Of a stretch of DNA of 64,000 nucleotides, positions 12,802-26,500 are shown in pieces. Below the pieces are notes generated by a model, which saw nothing but the letters and a program-made list of their open reading frames with translations, was not told the origin of the DNA and did no database searches. Every line of letters starts with the position of its first letter. The first letter of the stretch is position 1. The DNA is from Eledone cirrhosa (Eukaryota): NCBI GenBank assembly GCA_964016885.1, contig OZ024753.1:35960001-36024000 (forward strand), written 5' to 3'. The translations under genes were made by a program, and so were the position numbers.

Positions 12802-12927
12802 GTGCATCACAAGCTGTGGTGGATCCTTCAATGAACTCTGAACCATCAGGACAAACACATCGATAACCATTTGGAATAATAAGGCAGAGGCGACTACAAG
12901 TTTTTTCAGAATTACATTTACTCTCAA
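12802..12927 (-). CDS. LRP2: LRP2-like exon, EGF ([32 protein letters not shown])
   Basis: tgtag| and |gtgag, 126 bp. Confidence 0.92.
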
Positions 12928-13057
12928 CTACACAAGAAAATTGGATACAAAACAAAATGGTTTATTACATATAATTTACATATACTTATATTTGTGAGTG
13001 TGTTTTTCTTGTATTCGAGGTGAAATTTACTAAAGTTATATTTGACTTCTGTCCAGT

Positions 13058-13425
13058 GTGGTGAGTTGGTGGGCTTGGGTGTGAGTTGGTGGGCTTGGGT
13101 GTGAGTTGGTGGGCTGGGGTGTGGGTTGGTGGGCTGGGTGTGAGTTGGTGGGCTTGGGTGTGAGTTGGTGGGCTTGGGTGTGAGTTGGTGGGCTGGGGTG
13201 TGGCAGGGTTGTGGCAGAGACATTGAGGGAAATAAAGATATAGAGAGAGTGAAATAATCTATGAAAGAGAGAGTGAGGGAGAGAGAAAGAGCGACAGTGT
13301 GTGAACAAGAGATAGTTATGAGAGAGTGGAAGGGATAAAGAGAGAGAGGCATTGCATGTGTGTGAGAGAGGTAGTGATAAAGAGAGGCAGAGTGTGTGAA
13401 AGAGTGAGAGAGAAAGAAACAGCAT

Positions 13426-13495
<70 letters not shown>

Positions 13496-13880
13496 GTGAG
13501 AGAGAGACTGTGTGAGAGAGAGAGACTGTGTGTGAGAGAGAGAGAGAGACTGTGTGCGAGAGAAAGAAATAGTGATTGAGAGAGAGAGAGAGACTGTGTG
13601 CGAGAGAGAGAAATAGTGATAGAGATAGAGAGAGAGAGAGACTGTGTGAGAGAGAGACTGTGTGAGAGAGAGACTGTGTGAGAGAGAGACTGTGTGAGAG
13701 AGAGAGACTGTGTGTGAGAGAGAGAGAGAGACTGTGTGAGAGAGAGACTGTGTGAGAGAGAGAGAGACTGTGTGTGAGAGAGAGAGAGAGACTGTGTGCG
13801 AGAGAAAGAAATAGTGATTGAGAGAGAGAGAGAGAGACTGTGTGCGAGAGAGAGAAATAGTGATAGAGATAGAGAGAGGG
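13058..13880. repeat. 20-bp G-rich repeat followed by (GA)n/(GT)n compound microsatellite
   Basis: GGGTGTGAGTTGGTGGGCTT about 7 times, then GA/GT tracts. Confidence 0.9.
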
Positions 13881-13907
13881 AGATATGAAAGAAGAAAGAT
13901 CACTTAC

Positions 13908-14084
13908 TTTTTGGATACTTGTAAGGTGGAAATATAACTAAGTTGCCAGGTAAATACAGTTGAGTTTCAAGAGTAATATTGATTCCTCGTCCAAATTTAT
14001 CCATTTTTGTCAATTTTCTTGCCCTTTTGGACATCCAGTAGATGTCATTTTCGTACACATCAATACTGATTGGGCTGTCAACAG
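13908..14084 (-). CDS. LRP2: LRP2-like exon, propeller end (PISIDVYENDIYW...MDKFGRG)
   Basis: tttag| and |gtaag, 177 bp; an alternative in-frame acceptor exists at 14135. Confidence 0.85.
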
Positions 14085-14239
14085 CTAAAACGACACAATA
14101 TTGATATATAGTGGAGATTATTGGGATGTCAACAGCTAAAATGGTCAGGGTAACTGTGACCTTGTCTCAGAAGAAAGGTCAAGGTGACTGTGACCTTACC
14201 TCAGACTAAACCATTAAAAAGAAAGAAAGAAAGAAATAC

Positions 14240-14463
14240 CTTTTCCGATAACAGTCACTTTGTCTGAACCATCTGGCTTCATTGATTTAATTAGGCCGTA
14301 TTTGGAATCACACCAGAAGATACGGTTATCCATGAGGTAATCTATAGCAATTCCACTTGGCATAGATATATCTGTGTCTACCAGAGTCTCTCTTTTGTCA
14401 CCACTCATCCAAGACCTTTCTATCTTTGGCTTGTAAATATTTACATCTGTCCAGTACATCCAG
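14240..14463 (-). CDS. LRP2: LRP2-like exon, propeller (MYWTD...PKIERSWMSG...RIFWCDSK)
   Basis: ttcag| and |gtatt, 224 bp, phase 2-1. Confidence 0.92.
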
Positions 14464-14566
14464 CTGAAAATATTGGACAGGGATTGAAATCAAATCAAAT
14501 ATATGTTTGTAATTTGAATAAAAGGCCAGCAAATCTGGGAGACAGGCAAAGAAGAAAGGCAAAGAG

Positions 14567-17500
14567 CAGCATATCAACACCAGTACTTCACTGGTACTTT
14601 ATTGGGAGGTGGGCAAAGGAGGAAAGGCATAGACCAGCATATCAACACCAGTACTTTATTGGGAGGTGGGCAAAGGAGGAAAGGAAAAGACCAGCATATC
14701 AACACCAGTACTTTATTGGGAGGTGGGCAAAGGAGGAAAGGAAAAGACCAGCATATCAACACCAGTACTTCACTGGTACTTTATTGGGAGGTGGGCAAAG
14801 GAGGAAAGGCATAGACCAGCATATCAACACCAGTACTTTATTGGGAGGTGGGCAAAGGAGGAAAGGAAAAGACCAGCATATCAACACCAGTACTTCACTG
14901 GTACTTTATTGGGAGGTGGGCAAAGGAGGAAAGGCATAGACCAGCATATCAACACCAGTACTTTATTGGGAGGTGGGCAAAGGAGGAAAGGCATAGACCA
15001 GCATATCAACACCAGTACTTTATTGGGAGGTGGGCAAAGGAGGAAAGGCATAGACCAGCATATCAACACCAGTACTTTATTGGGAGGTGGGCAAAGGAGG
15101 AAAGGCAAAGACCAGCATATCAACACCAGTACTTTATTGGGAGGTGGGCAAAGGAGGAAAGGCATAGACCAGCATATCAACACCAGTACTTTATTGGGAG
15201 GTGGGCAAAGGAGGAAAGGCATAGACCAGCATATCAACACCAGTACTTTATTGGGAGGTGGGCAAAGGAGGAAAGGCATAGACCAGCATATCAACACCAG
15301 TACTTTATTGGGAGGTGGGCAAAGGAGGAAAGGCATAGACCAGCATATCAACACCAGTACTTTATTGGGAGGTGGGCAAAGGAGGAAAGGCATAGACCAG
15401 CATATCAACACCAGTACTTTATTGGGAGGTGGGCAAAGGAGGAAAGGCATAGACCAGCATATCAACACCAGTACTTTATTGGGAGGTGGGCAAAGGAGGA
15501 AAGGCAAAGACCAGCATATCAACACCAGTACTTTATTGGGAGGTGGGCAAAGGAGGAAAGGCATAGACCAGCATATCAACACCAGTACTTTATTGGGAGG
15601 TGGGCAAAGGAGGAAAGGCATAGACCAGCATATCAACACCAGTACTTTATTGGGAGGTGGGCAAAGGAGGAAAGGCATAGACCAGCATATCAACACCAGT
15701 ACTTTATTGGGAGGTGGGCAAAGGAGGAAAGGCATAGACCAGCATATCAACACCAGTACTTTATTGGGAGGTGGGCAAAGGAGGAAAGGCATAGACCAGC
15801 ATATCAACACCAGTACTTTATTGGGAGGTGGGCAAAGGAGGAAAGGCATAGACCAGCATATCAACACCAGTACTTCACTGGTACTTTATTGGGAGGTGGG
15901 CAAAGGAGGAAAGGAAAAGACCAGCATATCAACACCAGTACTTCACTGGTACTTTATTGGGAGGTGGGCAAAGGAGGAAAGGCATAGACCAGCATATCAA
16001 CACCAGTACTTTATTGGGAGGTGGGCAAAGGAGGAAAGGCATAGACCAGCATATCAACACCAGTACTTTATTGGGAGGTGGGCAAAGGAGGAAAGGAAAA
16101 GACCAGCATATCAACACCAGTACTTCACTGGTACTTTATTGGGAGGTGGGCAAAGGAGGAAAGGCATAGACCAGCATATCAACACCAGTACTTTATTGGG
16201 AGGTGGGCAAAGGAGGAAAGGCATAGACCAGCATATCAACACCAGTACTTTATTGGGAGGTGGGCAAAGGAGGAAAGGAAAAGACCAGCATATCAACACC
16301 AGTACTTCACTGGTACTTTATTGGGAGGTGGGCAAAGGAGGAAAGGCATAGACCAGCATATCAACACCAGTACTTTATTGGGAGGTGGGCAAAGGAGGAA
16401 AGGCATAGACCAGCATATCAACACCAGTACTTTATTGGGAGGTGGGCAAAGGAGGAAAGGCATAGACCAGCATATCAACACCAGTACTTTATTGGGAGGT
16501 GGGCAAAGGAGGAAAGGAAAAGACCAGCATATCAACACCAGTACTTCACTGGTACTTTATTGGGAGGTGGGCAAAGGAGGAAAGGCATAGACCAGCATAT
16601 CAACACCAGTACTTTATTGGGAGGTGGGCAAAGGAGGAAAGGCATAGACCAGCATATCAACACCAGTACTTTATTGGGAGGTGGGCAAAGGAGGAAAGGA
16701 AAAGACCAGCATATCAACACCAGTACTTCACTGGTACTTTATTGGGAGGTGGGCAAAGGAGGAAAGGCATAGACCAGCATATCAACACCAGTACTTTATT
16801 GGGAGGTGGGCAAAGGAGGAAAGGAAAAGACCAGCATATCAACACCAGTACTTCACTGGTACTTTATTGGGAGGTGGGCAAAGGAGGAAAGGCATAGACC
16901 AGCATATCAACACCAGTACTTTATTGGGAGGTGGGCAAAGGAGGAAAGGAAAAGACCAGCATATCAACACCAGTACTTCACTGGTACTTTATTGGGAGGT
17001 GGGCAAAGGAGGAAAGGCATAGACCAGCATATCAACACCAGTACTTTATTGGGAGGTGGGCAAAGGAGGAAAGGCATAGACCAGCATATCAACACCAGTA
17101 CTTTATTGGGAGGTGGGCAAAGGAGGAAAGGCATAGACCAGCATATCAACACCAGTACTTTATTGGGAGGTGGGCAAAGGAGGAAAGGCATAGACCAGCA
17201 TATCAACACCAGTACTTTATTGGGAGGTGGGCAAAGGAGGAAAGGCATAGACCAGCATATCAACACCAGTACTTTATTGGGAGGTGGGCAAAGGAGGAAA
17301 GGCATAGACCAGCATATCAACACCAGTACTTTATTGGGAGGTGGGCAAAGGAGGAAAGGCATAGACCAGCATATCAACACCAGTACTTCACTGGTACTTT
17401 ATTGGGAGGTGGGCAAAGGAGGAAAGGCATAGACCAGCATATCAACACCAGTACTTTATTGGGAGGTGGGCAAAGGAGGAAAGGCATAGACCAGCATATC

Positions 17501-20500
17501 AACACCAGTACTTTATTGGGAGGTGGGCAAAGGAGGAAAGGCATAGACCAGCATATCAACACCAGTACTTTATTGGGAGGTGGGCAAAGGAGGAAAGGCA
17601 TAGACCAGCATATCAACACCAGTACTTTATTGGGAGGTGGGCAAAGGAGGAAAGGCATAGACCAGCATATCAACACCAGTACTTTATTGGGAGGTGGGCA
17701 AAGGAGGAAAGGCATAGACCAGCATATCAACACCAGTACTTTATTGGGAGGTGGGCAAAGGAGGAAAGGCATAGACCAGCATATCAACACCAGTACTTTA
17801 TTGGGAGGTGGGCAAAGGAGGAAAGGCATAGACCAGCATATCAACACCAGTACTTTATTGGGAGGTGGGCAAAGGAGGAAAGGAAAAGACCAGCATATCA
17901 ACACCAGTACTTCACTGGTACTTTATTGGGAGGTGGGCAAAGGAGGAAAGGCATAGACCAGCATATCAACACCAGTACTTTATTGGGAGGTGGGCAAAGG
18001 AGGAAAGGAAAAGACCAGCATATCAACACCAGTACTTCACTGGTACTTTATTGGGAGGTGGGCAAAGGAGGAAAGGCATAGACCAGCATATCAACACCAG
18101 TACTTTATTGGGAGGTGGGCAAAGGAGGAAAGGAAAAGACCAGCATATCAACACCAGTACTTCACTGGTACTTTATTGGGAGGTGGGCAAAGGAGGAAAG
18201 GCATAGACCAGCATATCAACACCAGTACTTTATTGGGAGGTGGGCAAAGGAGGAAAGGAAAAGACCAGCATATCAACACCAGTACTTCACTGGTACTTTA
18301 TTGGGAGGTGGGCAAAGGAGGAAAGGCATAGACCAGCATATCAACACCAGTACTTCACTGGTACTTTATTGGGAGGTGGGCAAAGGAGGAAAGGCATAGA
18401 CCAGCATATCAACACCAGTACTTTATTGGGAGGTGGGCAAAGGAGGAAAGGCATAGACCAGCATATCAACACCAGTACTTTATTGGGAGGTGGGCAAAGG
18501 AGGAAAGGCATAGACCAGCATATCAACACCAGTACTTTATTGGGAGGTGGGCAAAGGAGGAAAGGCATAGACCAGCATATCAACACCAGTACTTTATTGG
18601 GAGGTGGGCAAAGGAGGAAAGGCATAGACCAGCATATCAACACCAGTACTTTATTGGGAGGTGGGCAAAGGAGGAAAGGCATAGACCAGCATATCAACAC
18701 CAGTACTTTATTGGGAGGTGGGCAAAGGAGGAAAGGCATAGACCAGCATATCAACACCAGTACTTTATTGGGAGGTGGGCAAAGGAGGAAAGGCATAGAC
18801 CAGCATATCAACACCAGTACTTTATTGGGAGGTGGGCAAAGGAGGAAAGGAAAAGACCAGCATATCAACACCAGTACTTCACTGGTACTTTATTGGGAGG
18901 TGGGCAAAGGAGGAAAGGCATAGACCAGCATATCAACACCAGTACTTTATTGGGAGGTGGGCAAAGGAGGAAAGGAAAAGACCAGCATATCAACACCAGT
19001 ACTTCACTGGTACTTTATTGGGAGGTGGGCAAAGGAGGAAAGGCATAGACCAGCATATCAACACCAGTACTTTATTGGGAGGTGGGCAAAGGAGGAAAGG
19101 CAAAGACCAGCATATCAACACCAGTACTTCACTGGTACTTTATTGGGAGGTGGGCAAAGGAGGAAAGGCATAGACCAGCATATCAACACCAGTACTTTAT
19201 TGGGAGGTGGGCAAAGGAGGAAAGGCATAGACCAGCATATCAACACCAGTACTTTATTGGGAGGTGGGCAAAGGAGGAAAGGCATAGACCAGCATATCAA
19301 CACCAGTACTTTATTGGGAGGTGGGCAAAGGAGGAAAGGCATAGACCAGCATATCAACACCAGTACTTTATTGGGAGGTGGGCAAAGGAGGAAAGGAAAA
19401 GACCAGCATATCAACACCAGTACTTCACTGGTACTTTATTGGGAGGTGGGCAAAGGAGGAAAGGCATAGACCAGCATATCAACACCAGTACTTTATTGGG
19501 AGGTGGGCAAAGGAGGAAAGGCATAGACCAGCATATCAACACCAGTACTTTATTGGGAGGTGGGCAAAGGAGGAAAGGCATAGACCAGCATATCAACACC
19601 AGTACTTTATTGGGAGGTGGGCAAAGGAGGAAAGGCATAGACCAGCATATCAACACCAGTACTTTATTGGGAGGTGGGCAAAGGAGGAAAGGCATAGACC
19701 AGCATATCAACACCAGTACTTTATTGGGAGGTGGGCAAAGGAGGAAAGGAAAAGACCAGCATATCAACACCAGTACTTCACTGGTACTTTATTGGGAGGT
19801 GGGCAAAGGAGGAAAGGCATAGACCAGCATATCAACACCAGTACTTTATTGGGAGGTGGGCAAAGGAGGAAAGGAAAAGACCAGCATATCAACACCAGTA
19901 CTTCACTGGTACTTTATTGGGAGGTGGGCAAAGGAGGAAAGGCATAGACCAGCATATCAACACCAGTACTTTATTGGGAGGTGGGCAAAGGAGGAAAGGC
20001 ATAGACCAGCATATCAACACCAGTACTTTATTGGGAGGTGGGCAAAGGAGGAAAGGAAAAGACCAGCATATCAACACCAGTACTTCACTGGTACTTTATT
20101 GGGAGGTGGGCAAAGGAGGAAAGGCAAAGACCAGCATATCAACACCAGTACTTCACTGGTACTTTATTGGGAGGTGGGCAAAGGAGGAAAGGCATAGACC
20201 AGCATATCAACACCAGTACTTTATTGGGAGGTGGGCAAAGGAGGAAAGGCATAGACCAGCATATCAACACCAGTACTTTATTGGGAGGTGGGCAAAGGAG
20301 GAAAGGCATAGACCAGCATATCAACACCAGTACTTTATTGGGAGGTGGGCAAAGGAGGAAAGGCATAGACCAGCATATCAACACCAGTACTTTATTGGGA
20401 GGTGGGCAAAGGAGGAAAGGAAAAGACCAGCATATCAACACCAGTACTTCACTGGTACTTTATTGGGAGGTGGGCAAAGGAGGAAAGGCAAAGACCAGCA

Positions 20501-23500
20501 TATCAACACCAGTACTTCACTGGTACTTTATTGGGAGGTGGGCAAAGGAGGAAAGGCAAAGACCAGCATATCAACACCAGTACTTCACTGGTACTTTATT
20601 GGGAGGTGGGCAAAGGAGGAAAGGCAAAGACCAGCATATCAACACCAGTACTTCACTGGTACTTTATTGGGAGGTGGGCAAAGGAGGAAAGGCATAGACC
20701 AGCATATCAACACCAGTACTTTATTGGGAGGTGGGCAAAGGAGGAAAGGCATAGACCAGCATATCAACACCAGTACTTTATTGGGAGGTGGGCAAAGGAG
20801 GAAAGGAAAAGACCAGCATATCAACACCAGTACTTCACTGGTACTTTATTGGGAGGTGGGCAAAGGAGGAAAGGCAAAGACCAGCATATCAACACCAGTA
20901 CTTCACTGGTACTTTATTGGGAGGTGGGCAAAGGAGGAAAGGCAAAGACCAGCATATCAACACCAGTACTTCACTGGTACTTTATTGGGAGGTGGGCAAA
21001 GGAGGAAAGGCAAAGACCAGCATATCAACACCAGTACTTCACTGGTACTTTATTGGGAGGTGGGCAAAGGAGGAAAGGCAAAGACCAGCATATCAACACC
21101 AGTACTTCACTGGTACTTTATTGGGAGGTGGGCAAAGGAGGAAAGGCAAAGACCAGCATATCAACACCAGTACTTCACTGGTACTTTATTGGGAGGTGGG
21201 CAAAGGAGGAAAGGCATAGACCAGCATATCAACACCAGTACTTTATTGGGAGGTGGGCAAAGGAGGAAAGGCATAGACCAGCATATCAACACCAGTACTT
21301 TATTGGGAGGTGGGCAAAGGAGGAAAGGAAAAGACCAGCATATCAACACCAGTACTTCACTGGTACTTTATTGGGAGGTGGGCAAAGGAGGAAAGGCAAA
21401 GACCAGCATATCAACACCAGTACTTCACTGGTACTTTATTGGGAGGTGGGCAAAGGAGGAAAGGCAAAGACCAGCATATCAACACCAGTACTTCACTGGT
21501 ACTTTATTGGGAGGTGGGCAAAGGAGGAAAGGCAAAGACCAGCATATCAACACCAGTACTTCACTGGTACTTTATTGGGAGGTGGGCAAAGGAGGAAAGG
21601 CAAAGACCAGCATATCAACACCAGTACTTCACTGGTACTTTATTGGGAGGTGGGCAAAGGAGGAAAGGCAAAGACCAGCATATCAACACCAGTACTTCAC
21701 TGGTACTTTATTGGGAGGTGGGCAAAGGAGGAAAGGCATAGACCAGCATATCAACACCAGTACTTTATTGGGAGGTGGGCAAAGGAGGAAAGGCATAGAC
21801 CAGCATATCAACACCAGTACTTTATTGGGAGGTGGGCAAAGGAGGAAAGGAAAAGACCAGCATATCAACACCAGTACTTCACTGGTACTTTATTGGGAGG
21901 TGGGCAAAGGAGGAAAGGCAAAGACCAGCATATCAACACCAGTACTTCACTGGTACTTTATTGGGAGGTGGGCAAAGGAGGAAAGGCAAAGACCAGCATA
22001 TCAACACCAGTACTTCACTGGTACTTTATTGGGAGGTGGGCAAAGGAGGAAAGGCAAAGACCAGCATATCAACACCAGTACTTCACTGGTACTTTATTGG
22101 GAGGTGGGCAAAGGAGGAAAGGCATAGACCAGCATATCAACACCAGTACTTTATTGGGAGGTGGGCAAAGGAGGAAAGGCATAGACCAGCATATCAACAC
22201 CAGTACTTTATTGGGAGGTGGGCAAAGGAGGAAAGGCATAGACCAGCATATCAACACCAGTACTTTATTGGGAGGTGGGCAAAGGAGGAAAGGAAAAGAC
22301 CAGCATATCAACACCAGTACTTCACTGGTACTTTATTGGGAGGTGGGCAAAGGAGGAAAGGCATAGACCAGCATATCAACACCAGTACTTTATTGGGAGG
22401 TGGGCAAAGGAGGAAAGGCATAGACCAGCATATCAACACCAGTACTTCACTGGTACTTTATTGGGAGGTGGGCAAAGGAGGAAAGGCATAGACCAGCATA
22501 TCAACACCAGTACTTTATTGGGAGGTGGGCAAAGGAGGAAAGGCATAGACCAGCATATCAACACCAGTACTTCACTGGTACTTTATTGGGAGGTGGGCAA
22601 AGGAGGAAAGGCATAGACCAGCATATCAACACCAGTACTTTATTGGGAGGTGGGCAAAGGAGGAAAGGAAAAGACCAGCATATCAACACCAGTACTTTAT
22701 TGGGAGGTGGGCAAAGGAGGAAAGGAAAAGACCAGCATATCAACACCAGTACTTTATTGGGAGGTGGGCAAAGGAGGAAAGGAAAAGACCAGCATATCAA
22801 CACCAGTACTTCACTGGTACTTTATTGGGAGGTGGGCAAAGGAGGAAAGGCATAGACCAGCATATCAACACCAGTACTTTATTGGGAGGTGGGCAAAGGA
22901 GGAAAGGCATAGACCAGCATATCAACACCAGTACTTCACTGGTACTTTATTGGGAGGTGGGCAAAGGAGGAAAGGCATAGACCAGCATATCAACACCAGT
23001 ACTTTATTGGGAGGTGGGCAAAGGAGGAAAGGAAAAGACCAGCATATCAACACCAGTACTTTATTGGGAGGTGGGCAAAGGAGGAAAGGCAAAGACCAGC
23101 ATATCAACACCAGTACTTCACTGGTACTTTATTGGGAGGTGGGCAAAGGAGGAAAGGCATAGACCAGCATATCAACACCAGTACTTTATTGGGAGGTGGG
23201 CAAAGGAGGAAAGGCATAGACCAGCATATCAACACCAGTACTTCACTGGTACTTTATTGGGAGGTGGGCAAAGGAGGAAAGGAAAAGACCAGCATATCAA
23301 CACCAGTACTTCACTGGTACTTTATTGGGAGGTGGGCAAAGGAGGAAAGGCATAGACCAGCATATCAACACCAGTACTTCACTGGTACTTTATTGGGAGG
23401 TGGGCAAAGGAGGAAAGGCATAGACCAGCATATCAACACCAGTACTTCACTGGTACTTTATTGGGAGGTGGGCAAAGGAGGAAAGGCATAGACCAGCATA

Positions 23501-26500
23501 TCAACACCAGTACTTTATTGGGAGGTGGGCAAAGGAGGAAAGGCATAGACCAGCATATCAACACCAGTACTTCACTGGTACTTTATTGGGAGGTGGGCAA
23601 AGGAGGAAAGGCATAGACCAGCATATCAACACCAGTACTTTATTGGGAGGTGGGCAAAGGAGGAAAGGCATAGACCAGCATATCAACACCAGTACTTCAC
23701 TGGTACTTTATTGGGAGGTGGGCAAAGGAGGAAAGGCATAGACCAGCATATCAACACCAGTACTTTATTGGGAGGTGGGCAAAGGAGGAAAGGCATAGAC
23801 CAGCATATCAACACCAGTACTTTATTGGGAGGTGGGCAAAGGAGGAAAGGCATAGACCAGCATATCAACACCAGTACTTCACTGGTACTTTATTGGGAGG
23901 TGGGCAAAGGAGGAAAGGAAAAGACCAGCATATCAACACCAGTACTTCACTGGTACTTTATTGGGAGGTGGGCAAAGGAGGAAAGGCATAGACCAGCATA
24001 TCAACACCAGTACTTTATTGGGAGGTGGGCAAAGGAGGAAAGGCATAGACCAGCATATCAACACCAGTACTTCACTGGTACTTTATTGGGAGGTGGGCAA
24101 AGGAGGAAAGGAAAAGACCAGCATATCAACACCAGTACTTCACTGGTACTTTATTGGGAGGTGGGCAAAGGAGGAAAGGCATAGACCAGCATATCAACAC
24201 CAGTACTTTATTGGGAGGTGGGCAAAGGAGGAAAGGCATAGACCAGCATATCAACACCAGTACTTTATTGGGAGGTGGGCAAAGGAGGAAAGGCATAGAC
24301 CAGCATATCAACACCAGTACTTTATTGGGAGGTGGGCAAAGGAGGAAAGGAAAAGACCAGCATATCAACACCAGTACTTTATTGGGAGGTGGGCAAAGGA
24401 GGAAAGGCATAGACCAGCATATCAACACCAGTACTTTATTGGGAGGTGGGCAAAGGAGGAAAGGCATAGACCAGCATATCAACACCAGTACTTTATTGGG
24501 AGGTGGGCAAAGGAGGAAAGGCATAGACCAGCATATCAACACCAGTACTTTATTGGGAGGTGGGCAAAGGAGGAAAGGAAAAGACCAGCATATCAACACC
24601 AGTACTTTATTGGGAGGTGGGCAAAGGAGGAAAGGCATAGACCAGCATATCAACACCAGTACTTTATTGGGAGGTGGGCAAAGGAGGAAAGGCATAGACA
24701 AGCATATCAACACCAGTACTTTATTGGGAGGTGGGCAAAGGAGGAAAGGAAAAGACCAGCATATCAACACCAGTACTTCACTGGTACTTTATTGGGAGGT
24801 GGGCAAAGGAGGAAAGGAAAAGACCAGCATATCAACACCAGTACTTTATTGGGAGGTGGGCAAAGGAGGAAAGGAAAAGACCAGCATATCAACACCAGTA
24901 CTTCACTGGTACTTTATTAGGAGGTGGGCAAAGGAGGAAAGGCAAAGACCAGCATATCAACACCAGTACTTCACTGGTACTTTATTGGGAGGTGGGCAAA
25001 GGAGGAAAGGCATAGACCAGCATATCAACACCAGTACTTTATTGGGAGGTGGGCAAAGGAGGAAAGGAAAAGACCAGCATATCAACACCAGTACTTCACT
25101 GGTACTTTATTGGGAGGTGGGCAAAGGAGGAAAGGAAAAGACCAGCATATCAACACCAGTACTTCACTGGTACTTTATTGGGAGGTGGGCAAAGGAGGAA
25201 AGGAAAAGACCAGCATATCAACACCAGTACTTCACTGGTACTTTATTGGGAGGTGGGCAAAGGAGGAAAGGAAAAGACCAGCATATCAACACCAGTACTT
25301 CACTGGTACTTTATTAGGAGGTGGGCAAAGGAGGAAAGGCAAAGACCAGCATATCAACACCAGTACTTCACTGGTACTTTATTGGGAGGTGGGCAAAGGA
25401 GGAAAGGCATAGACCAGCATATCAACACCAGTACTTTATTGTGAGGTGGGCAAAGGAGGAAAGGCATAGACCAGCATATCAACACCAGTACTTTATTGGG
25501 AGGTGGGCAAAGGAGGAAAGGCATAGACCAGCATATCAACACCAGTACTTTATTGGGAGGTGGGCAAAGGAGGAAAGGAAAAGACCAGCATATCAACACC
25601 AGTACTTCACTGGTACTTTATTGGGAGGTGGGCAAAGGAGGAAAGGCATAGACCAGCATATCAACACCAGTACTTTATTGGGAGGTGGGCAAAGGAGGAA
25701 AGGAAAAGACCAGCATATCAACACCAGTACTTCACTGGTACTTTATTGGGAGGTGGGCAAAGGAGGAAAGGCATAGACCAGCATATCAACACCAGTACTT
25801 TATTGGGAGGTGGGCAAAGGAGGAAAGGAAAAGACCAGCATATCAACACCAGTACTTTATTGGGAGGTGGGCAAAGGAGGAAAGGCAAAGACCAGCATAT
25901 CAACACCAGTACTTTATTGGGAGGTGGGCAAAGGAGGAAAGGCAAAGACCAGCATATCAACACCAGTACTTCACTGGTACTTTATTGGGAGGTGGGCAAA
26001 GGAGGAAAGGAAAAGACCAGCATATCAACACCAGTACTTCACTGGTACTTTATTGGGAGGTGGGCAAAGGAGGAAAGGCAAAGACCAGCATATCAACACC
26101 AGTACTTCACTGGTACTTTATTGGGAGGTGGGCAAAGGAGGAAAGGAAAAGACCAGCATATCAACACCAGTACTTCACTGGTACTTTATTGGGAGGTGGG
26201 CAAAGGAGGAAAGGCATAGACCAGCATATCAACACCAGTACTTTATTGGGAGGTGGGCAAAGGAGGAAAGGAAAAGACCAGCATATCAACACCAGTACTT
26301 TATTGGGAGGTGGGCAAAGGAGGAAAGGCAAAGACCAGCATATCAACACCAGTACTTTATTGGGAGGTGGGCAAAGGAGGAAAGGCAAAGACCAGCATAT
26401 CAACACCAGTACTTCACTGGTACTTTATTGGGAGGTGGGCAAAGGAGGAAAGGAAAAGACCAGCATATCAACACCAGTACTTCACTGGTACTTTATTGGG

